A stretch of DNA of 64,000 nt from NCBI GenBank assembly GCA_964496095.1, contig CAZBWU010000003.1, positions 1,901-65,900 of the forward strand. Direction: 5' to 3'. A program made the translations under genes and the position numbers. Each line of letters begins with the position of its first letter. Within the stretch, counting starts at the first letter, position 1. The DNA is from an uncultured Gammaproteobacteria bacterium. Lineage in GTDB: Bacteria; Patescibacteriota; Patescibacteriia; Magasanikbacterales; GWA2-37-8. The notes beneath the pieces were generated by a model. It was not told where the DNA came from. It saw only the letters and a program-made list of their open reading frames with translations, and did no database searches. Of this stretch, positions 51,424-58,160 are shown piece after piece.

Positions 51424-52800
51424 ATGAATTACCTCAAAAATTTTTCTCTTAGTGGCTTGACCGTGATTTTTTTGTCTATTTTTATAATTGGCAATGCCAA
51501 CACCGGTCTAGATGCGGTCTCTTTTCTACTTATCGCTTTTATTGTTTTACAAAAAATATTTGGAGAGTACTTTATTCTTATTCCTCTGGCGCTCCGCACT
51601 ATCCTGGACTATTGGCGAGATTATAATATTTTTTCATTTCATTTTTTTAACTTTAATATCAACGCCGCCCTCTCTTTATTTTTATTGATTTGGTCAATAA
51701 TATTTTTCATTAAAAATCATGAGTACTTCCGAAAAATTCCCTTAAATATAGTCTGGCCTGTGTTTATAGCTTGGTGCGCACTCTCATCTATTTATACCTA
51801 TAATATCTCATCAACATTTATTGAAACCTTAAAACTAACTAATTTGTTTAGCTTGTTTGGCATCTGCTATATTATGTCAGAAAAAGACGGAGGTAAATTC
51901 AAAAATACTTTTCTGAAATCCATGACAATAACTGCGGCCGTTCCAATCTCTGTTGCCACCTACCAGCTCATTACCAGAACTGGTATGACTATAGAAGAAA
52001 TCTCAAACCGAATATATGGCACTTTTACACACCCAAACGTCTTGGCCGCATTTGCCTTAGTAATGTTAATTGTTTTAGTTAACGAATTTTTAAAGACCAA
52101 AAAAGAAAATCGAAAGAAACTTAATCTGCTAAAATTCTTTAGCGTAATTCTTCTTCTAGTAATAGCCTTTACCTACACCCGCATCGCTTGGATTGGCACC
52201 GCCTTTTTGTTTATAGTGCTTGGCTTGGTCTATTACAGAAAAATTCTTCTATATACGCTAGGCGCCATTGTATTATTTTTTACTCTATTCTACCCTATCA
52301 ATAAATATCTAACCTCGCATTATAGCCTAAACTTACAAACAAATAGTCTGATAGCTCGCCTCACATCTCGCAACCCAGATTCTGATTCAGTCAGCTGGAG
52401 AACCGGGATTATTATGAAAACACTGCCGTTAATCAGAAAAAAATATTTAGCAGGCTATGGCTATGGCACTTTCCCTCGGGTGTGGGATGATAACAAAGAT
52501 CTGCAAAATATTTGGGACAATACTTCCGAAGCCCACAATGACTATATAAGAATCGCGCTTGAGTCAGGTATTGTTGGTTTGATTTTATTCCTTACTATCT
52601 TTACTAGTCTGCTATATAAACAGATAGGCATTACTTTCAAAACTCATTTTAAAAATATTGTTTTTCTCACTAGTATTTTTATCTACCTCATTTTAAGCCT
52701 CTCAGATAATATGCTTCATCATACGCCGGTAATCTGGTGGCTTTGGGCGGTATGGGGAGTTTGGATGCATGAAACAAAAATAGTTAACGCTAATTCTTAG
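51424..52800 (+). CDS. O-antigen ligase/Wzy_C-family membrane protein (start revised)
   Basis: About 12 TM helices, RIYGTFTHPN, TYTR.AW, GYGYGTF, AHNDYI...ESGIVG. Confidence 0.85.
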   Translation: MNYLKNFSLSGLTVIFLSIFIIGNANTGLDAVSFLLIAFIVLQKIFGEYFILIPLALRTILDYWRDYNIFSFHFFNFNINAALSLFLLIWSIIFFIKNHEYFRKIPLNIVWPVFIAWCALSSIYTYNISSTFIETLKLTNLFSLFGICYIMSEKDGGKFKNTFLKSMTITAAVPISVATYQLITRTGMTIEEISNRIYGTFTHPNVLAAFALVMLIVLVNEFLKTKKENRKKLNLLKFFSVILLLVIAFTYTRIAWIGTAFLFIVLGLVYYRKILLYTLGAIVLFFTLFYPINKYLTSHYSLNLQTNSLIARLTSRNPDSDSVSWRTGIIMKTLPLIRKKYLAGYGYGTFPRVWDDNKDLQNIWDNTSEAHNDYIRIALESGIVGLILFLTIFTSLLYKQIGITFKTHFKNIVFLTSIFIYLILSLSDNMLHHTPVIWWLWAVWGVWMHETKIVNANS

Positions 52801-53220
52801 AATCCGCCAGAGGCGGATTGTTAGCCAGATGGATTCAAACTTCACCACTTTCAGTGGTTCTTTTTCATCTCATCGCTAACAACAAAAAAACCATCCAGAG
52901 AGAGTCACCTAAATAACTAATCGAAATTATTTATTCAGGCGATCGGATGGTGATTTTGCAAGACAGATAAATCTGTCTATTTTTATTTACTAACTTGTTT
53001 GCCCACTCCTTATTAAGGAGGGGGGGAGGTCTTATCTATAACCCCTCCTGCGCCTCCCCTTCTTAAAGGGAGGACAACTAGTAAATACAAATAGCTAGAT
53101 TTGAATTGTAGATTTGAAAGAGCGGTAAAGCCGAGGAGGAAGCGCGTAGGGTGACCAGGCTAACGCGTGTCGCGCAGCCCGGCAATAGCCAGGCGACATC
53201 CTCCTGTTTGGGAGTGGCGG

Positions 53221-54000
53221 TTAGCCGCCCCCGACCTTCACGACCACACTGGCCCGGTAGGGCCCGCACGCGATCGTGTAGGTGTAGGTGCCGGGGTTAC
53301 CATTCCCGGCCAGAAATATACTGCTACGGCCGGTGCCTGGCCGATCGATGGCGGGCCAATCACCATCGCCACTGGAGTCGCAGGCTGCTGCCAATGACTC
53401 CCAGTCGAGGTAAATTCTGTCGCCAGCCGCGACAGAATACCACCCACCGGTGTTCCAGGTGGCGGGCGTGGGCACGCCGGCGATGTTGACAAGGACATCA
53501 AAGCGCATCGCGTAGGCCACCAGGGCCTTCGCGTCGCTCATGTCCTCATCCTCGCACACCAGACCGTAGATCGTCTCGCCGAATGGCAGGACGACCTCAG
53601 TCTGCCCAGTCGTCGGCGGCAGGTCCTGGGCCACCCAGTCCCCGCTAACCTGCGCCACGCCGTTGATGGCGGTCGCCCGTTCGCAGGTAGTGGACGAGAT
53701 GGCACTTACCACCTCGTAGCCGAGGACCACCGGCTCCCCAACACGGAGGTTCCGCACCTCCTGCGGGGCCGCCAGCTCCGCGGCCGTGAGGCTCACGGAG
53801 AGAACAGGCCTCGGCGGCAGCGGCAGGCCGATCTCCTGGTTGCCCAGGAACCCCACTGCGGCCGCCGGCGGCTTGCCCGGAGGCTGGTCATCGCCACCCC
53901 CGCCAGCGGGGGTGAAGCCGCACCCCTCGAGAAGGAGTGCGAGCGCGAAGACGAGCGCGCAGAGCGCGCACACCAAGAGGCATTTACGGATGTCCCACAT
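53221..54000 (-). CDS. GC-rich lipoprotein with two Cys-bridged Ig-like modules (cassette gene D)
   Basis: AAAGGGGG site 8 nt before ATG 54000; lipobox LEGC; repeats C...GDW...TIYGLVC and C...GDW...TYTYTIAC. Confidence 0.8.
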   Translation of the reverse strand: MWDIRKCLLVCALCALVFALALLLEGCGFTPAGGGGDDQPPGKPPAAAVGFLGNQEIGLPLPPRPVLSVSLTAAELAAPQEVRNLRVGEPVVLGYEVVSAISSTTCERATAINGVAQVSGDWVAQDLPPTTGQTEVVLPFGETIYGLVCEDEDMSDAKALVAYAMRFDVLVNIAGVPTPATWNTGGWYSVAAGDRIYLDWESLAAACDSSGDGDWPAIDRPGTGRSSIFLAGNGNPGTYTYTIACGPYRASVVVKVGGG

Positions 54001-54157
54001 GATGGACACCCCCTTTCCGGCCCAAGCGGGCCATTACCCAACGGGCCCAGAAAATGTCAAAGTACCGAACGACACAGCATGTGTCGCCCTTCATTGAGTT
54101 TAGAAAATCAATTCTAAACTCTAGAAGAACAACATTTTTTTAAAATGCTATACATTT

Positions 54158-54186
54158 AGTATAGCATTTTAGTTTTTTTCTGACTA
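54158..54186 (-). promoter_or_regulatory. promoter for gene D, overlapped by a palindrome
   Basis: TAGTCA-17-TATACT with TG extension; palindrome TAAAATGCTATAC-N5-GTATAGCATTTTA at 54141-54171. Confidence 0.55.
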
Positions 54187-54457
54187 TTTATAATCTTTTA
54201 GAACCTATCATTCCCCTACCTAGTAGGAAAATAAATTAGTTTTAAACTTTAAACCTTGCTTCCGACGAGGTGTGTGTTACCACAACACCTCGTCGTCCTC
54301 ACCTAGACCTGGCCGTGGCGCTCGAAACTCGAGCGGCCAGATTGGCCATGCGATGGTCCAGAGTGAGATTTTGGGCAGCTTGTTAAAGCCACCACTTCCC
54401 TGGGGGTAAAACCCCTCCTCCGATTAGGGCAGGTCGGATGAGGCTCGAGGCGCGCTA

Positions 54458-55129
54458 CTACGGCAGGGTGTGCCGGTTGCGCCCGTCGATGTTGCAGCCG
54501 AAGCCACCCTCCCCACCGGCCAGCCAGTAGGCCGGTTGGGTCGCCGGCTGGCCCGGCCACGACAGGTTGCAGGTGCAGCCCTGCGGGAGGTGGGCCAGCC
54601 ACCACGCCGGACCCTTGGTGAAGTCCTCCCAGCGGAGGACCCACAGGATCGTGACCGACGTGGCCGTCGTCGGCGCGACGCGGTTGCCGCTGCCGTTGGC
54701 CGCGAGGGGCACCGGGTCGCCGACCGGCGTGGCCGCCGGGGCGGCGTACCACTGGACGCCCGTGGTGATCCGCTCGAGATCCGTGCTGGCCGCGCACGTG
54801 ATCGACCAGGGCTGGCCGGTCGGGCTGCAGACGTTCGGGCTGGCCGTGTTGCAGGACCAGCCGGTCTCGACCGTGCAGGTCGAGCTGCAGCCGTCGCCGT
54901 TGGCGAGGTTGCCCTGGTCGCACTGCTCGGCGCCGGCCTTGATGCCGTCGCCGCAGATGGCGGCGGACGGGGCGTCCGGGGGCGTCACCGCACCGTCGAT
55001 CGGGGGCGGGTTGGCGGCGTCGACCTCGTCACCGCCGGAGGGGTTCTCGCCCTCCATGGTGCAACCGACGCCGATGACCGCCGTGATGCCGATGATGGAC
55101 GCGCACAGGAACTTGCTGAACTTGAACAT
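54458..55129 (-). CDS. GC-rich lipoprotein with a Myxococcus-type Cys-rich repeat (cassette gene C)
   Basis: GGAGG 5 nt before ATG 55129; MFKFSKFLCASII...VGC lipobox; CGDGIKAGAEQCDQGNLANGDGCSSTCTVE. Confidence 0.85.
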   Translation of the reverse strand: MFKFSKFLCASIIGITAVIGVGCTMEGENPSGGDEVDAANPPPIDGAVTPPDAPSAAICGDGIKAGAEQCDQGNLANGDGCSSTCTVETGWSCNTASPNVCSPTGQPWSITCAASTDLERITTGVQWYAAPAATPVGDPVPLAANGSGNRVAPTTATSVTILWVLRWEDFTKGPAWWLAHLPQGCTCNLSWPGQPATQPAYWLAGGEGGFGCNIDGRNRHTLP

Positions 55130-55338
55130 GAGAACCTCCGCTTGAGAATGCGTCCACCGCCGGAATGGCGACAGACATTGGGAAACGTTGGGTGCCGAAC
55201 AACTTGGTTTGATTCCTTGCATCTCCAATACGATAGGAGATGAGGATTCTTACCTTGTTCTCGACATTTCAATATCCCTTATTAAATAAAGAATGGTTTT
55301 AATTCTTTGCTTAATGCGGGATATTGATCCGGGTGGTT
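55126..55338. repeat. 213-bp direct repeat (5' leader), identical to 57521-57733; diverged copy at ~56457-56678
   Basis: Base-by-base comparison by eye, offset 2395. Confidence 0.92.
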
Positions 55339-55623
55339 CTTCTTTTTTGATTGGTTTGATTTGTAAAGAGCTGATTTCCATCTCTATCATTCCCCTATCA
55401 TATAAGGAAATGATTCGATGTGGCCAGGTGCGTGAGCAGAGCTGGCCGTCGATCCGAACGAGGGCCTCCTAGATCCTCGTCGGGGTGATGGCGACTGCAG
55501 TGGCTCCGGATGGAGCCAACGAACAGCACGCACAGGATGTGCAGGTTGACGACGCGGGCGACGCGCGTCGTCGCTCCGACCGGTTGCACTTCCGGTCGGA
55601 GGGGGGTGGGGTCAGAGCGCGAC
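55267..55623. repeat. 357-bp direct repeat (3' trailer + spacer + distal leader), identical to 56607-56963
   Basis: Base-by-base comparison by eye, offset 1340. Confidence 0.92.
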
Positions 55624-56460
55624 GCGGACACCGCCGAAGCCGGCACCGACGATGCTCTTGTCGAGCGGCGCCATCTCCGGCGCGTCGTAGGTCTGCCGGA
55701 GCACGTCGCCCCGCAGGAACACCTCGACACCGAGCTTCTTCGACTCGACCTGGTAGACCGCCTCGAAGGCCGCGCCGTAGAAGCGGAGGGTCGGGGTGTC
55801 CAGCATGTTCCCGAGGTGGATGCGCTGGGTGATCGTGGCGCCGCCGGCGAGCATGATGTGCTCGCTGACGTAACCGTGGATCATCGCATCCGCCCCGTAC
55901 ATGCCCTTCCCCTCGTCGCCGGCGGCGCCACCCTCGTTGATGCCGAGGCGGCCGGTCAGCCGCATCCGACCGTCGAGGAAGGTACCGGAGAAACCGACGA
56001 AGCCGACCGGTCCGGCCTCGCCCATGTACCCGCCCAGGAGCCCGATGTGCAACCGGCCGGGCTTCGTCTGCCGGGTGGCGAGGCGCGCGAGCGCCTCGGC
56101 CTGCGCCTTCTGCGCGGCCGCCAGCTCGTCGAGACGGGCCTTGTCGGCCTGCTGGGCCGCGAGCGCGTCGGCCTGCTGCTTGGCGAGCTCGTCGAGCCGC
56201 TTCTGCTGGTCGCTGCCCTCCATCTCGATGCCCTCGTCGCCGGGGGCCGTGGTGAAGTGGGTGCACGCACCCACTTCGACTTCGACGGTCTTGGTGACGA
56301 GCGGGCCGCCCTCGATGGTCTTCATGCCGTCGGGGCAGGGCTGCGTCGTGACGATGACCTTGTGGTTGTCATCCTCCGCCGCCGCCGGCTTGACGCCGAT
56401 GACGGTGAGGCTGGCGACCGCGACGATGGACGCGCACAGGAACTTGCTGAACTTGAACAT
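55612..56460 (-). CDS. GC-rich secreted protein: coiled coil + probable 8-stranded beta-barrel (cassette gene B)
   Basis: GAGGAG 7 nt before ATG 56460; signal peptide MFKFSKFLCASIV...PAAA|E; amphipathic strands ending GAGFGGVRVAL. Confidence 0.8.
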   Translation of the reverse strand: MFKFSKFLCASIVAVASLTVIGVKPAAAEDDNHKVIVTTQPCPDGMKTIEGGPLVTKTVEVEVGACTHFTTAPGDEGIEMEGSDQQKRLDELAKQQADALAAQQADKARLDELAAAQKAQAEALARLATRQTKPGRLHIGLLGGYMGEAGPVGFVGFSGTFLDGRMRLTGRLGINEGGAAGDEGKGMYGADAMIHGYVSEHIMLAGGATITQRIHLGNMLDTPTLRFYGAAFEAVYQVESKKLGVEVFLRGDVLRQTYDAPEMAPLDKSIVGAGFGGVRVAL

Positions 56461-56963
56461 GACGTAGCTCCTCATGAGAGAGTGGTGCGTCCATCGCCGG
56501 AATGGCGGACGGACATTGGGAACCATTCGGGTATCGAACAACTCAGTTTGATTCCTTGCATCTCCACTACGATAGGAGATGAGGAGTCATTCTTTGTTCT
56601 CGACATTTTCAATATCCCTTATTAAATAAAGAATGGTTTTAATTCTTTGCTTAATGCGGGATATTGATCCGGGTGGTTCTTCTTTTTTGATTGGTTTGAT
56701 TTGTAAAGAGCTGATTTCCATCTCTATCATTCCCCTATCATATAAGGAAATGATTCGATGTGGCCAGGTGCGTGAGCAGAGCTGGCCGTCGATCCGAACG
56801 AGGGCCTCCTAGATCCTCGTCGGGGTGATGGCGACTGCAGTGGCTCCGGATGGAGCCAACGAACAGCACGCACAGGATGTGCAGGTTGACGACGCGGGCG
56901 ACGCGCGTCGTCGCTCCGACCGGTTGCACTTCCGGTCGGAGGGGGGTGGGGTCAGAGCGCGAC

Positions 56964-57524
56964 CTACTTGGTGATCGAGACGACGGTCGCCGCCTTGCTG
57001 CCGAGGTTGCGGGCACGCCGCAGGTTGTTGAACTGCGCCTGGAGGCGCAACATGTCCGCCGCGAAGCGGCGGATGAACCACCCCTGCATGTGATCGCGGT
57101 TCTGGGCGTGCTTGGCCATGGCGACGGGGTCCGGCGTCGCGCAGTCCGCGCTGCAGCCGTCGCCGTCCTGCGTCACGCAGACCGCGTCGTCGCCGGGGCA
57201 CTCGCTGTCCCGGGTGCAGAACGCACCCTTCTGGGGTCCGCTGTCGCAGTGACGACCGTTGTCGCACGCCTCGCCGTCCTCGACGACGTCGTTGCCGCAG
57301 ACGGCGTCCCACGACATGTTGATGGTGGCGGTGACCCAGCTGCAGTCCGCGCTGCAGCTATCGCCGTCGACCTTGTTGCCGTCGTCGCACATCTCGTCGC
57401 CGGCGGCGGTGCCGTCGCCGCAGACGACGGGCGGATCCTCCGCCGACGCCGACTTGACGCCGACGGTGGCGACCACGAGCCCGAGGATGATGGACGCGAA
57501 CGTGAGCTTGCTGAACTTGCACAT
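56964..57524 (-). CDS. GC-rich secreted protein with Myxococcus-type Cys-rich repeats (cassette gene A)
   Basis: GGAGG 5 nt before ATG 57524; signal peptide MCKFSKLTFASII...ASA|E; CGDG...EMCDDGN...GDSCSADC and CGND...EACDNG...GDGCSADC. Confidence 0.85.
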   Translation of the reverse strand: MCKFSKLTFASIILGLVVATVGVKSASAEDPPVVCGDGTAAGDEMCDDGNKVDGDSCSADCSWVTATINMSWDAVCGNDVVEDGEACDNGRHCDSGPQKGAFCTRDSECPGDDAVCVTQDGDGCSADCATPDPVAMAKHAQNRDHMQGWFIRRFAADMLRLQAQFNNLRRARNLGSKAATVVSITK

Positions 57525-58028
57525 GAGAACCTCCGCTTGAGAATGCGTCCACCGCCGGAATGGCGACAGACATTGGGAAACGTTGGGTGCCGAACAACTT
57601 GGTTTGATTCCTTGCATCTCCAATACGATAGGAGATGAGGATTCTTACCTTGTTCTCGACATTTCAATATCCCTTATTAAATAAAGAATGGTTTTAATTC
57701 TTTGCTTAATGCGGGATATTGATCCGGGTGGTTTCGCTGTTTGGTTTGGTTGGGTTGTATGGTTTCACATACAAACTCATTCGCTCGACAATACTTTGCT
57801 TGCAAAGTATTGTTCTCGCTCATTTCGATTGTAAAGAGCTTATGCCTACTATTCTTGTTTGAACTACCAATTGCATATATAACTCAATTGATAATTCCAT
57901 TTAAAAACAGTAAAACCTCTACTTTGTGAGAGAGGCTACATATATAGACTATTTACCTGCTTTGTTGATGGCCTAGACAATACTCTCTCACGATATTGCG
58001 TTGGCCGTTAAAAAATCAACAATAGAAT

Positions 58029-58057
58029 ACTATACCACAAACTGGAGATATTGTCAA
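58029..58057 (-). promoter_or_regulatory. near-consensus sigma70 promoter heading the cassette array
   Basis: TTGACA-17 nt-TATAGT with TG extension, just downstream of a terminator. Confidence 0.8.
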
Positions 58058-58107
58058 GAGTTCAATGAAAGTATAGCGGAATAATCTGTATTTTTTGGCT
58101 AACTATA

Positions 58108-58136
58108 AACAAAAATGCCCTAGTATTAGGGCATTT
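58108..58136 (-). terminator. intrinsic terminator after the giant gene
   Basis: AAATGCCCTA-ATAC-TAGGGCATTT followed by TTGTTT on the minus strand. Confidence 0.75.
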
Positions 58137-58160
58137 ACTATCCAGAAAACTTTTTTATTC

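Noticed and set aside
55130-57623. ORF-track N-terminal extensions (MEMQGIK..., MFDTRMV...) of the cassette genes
   Set aside because: They run through the structured leader. SD sites and signal peptides indicate starts at 55129, 56460 and 57524.
53151-57667. Many overlapping Arg/Pro/Gly-rich ORFs on both strands (e.g. 55510-56625 +, 54470-55243 +, 56850-57638 +)
   Set aside because: Shadow ORFs caused by high GC. Only one minus frame per cassette has an SD site, a signal peptide and GC3 bias.
53113-57733. GC-rich block as contamination or a chimeric join
   Set aside because: GC-rich and AT-rich segments alternate repeatedly within exact repeats and line up with promoters and gene ends, and a similar design occurs at 25.6-26.2 kb. 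Considered unlikely, but not excluded without reads.
55126-57733. CRISPR array or classical integron
   Set aside because: Repeats are hundreds of bp with gene-sized inserts. No cas gene, integrase or RYYYAAC...GTTRRRY attC was recognised.
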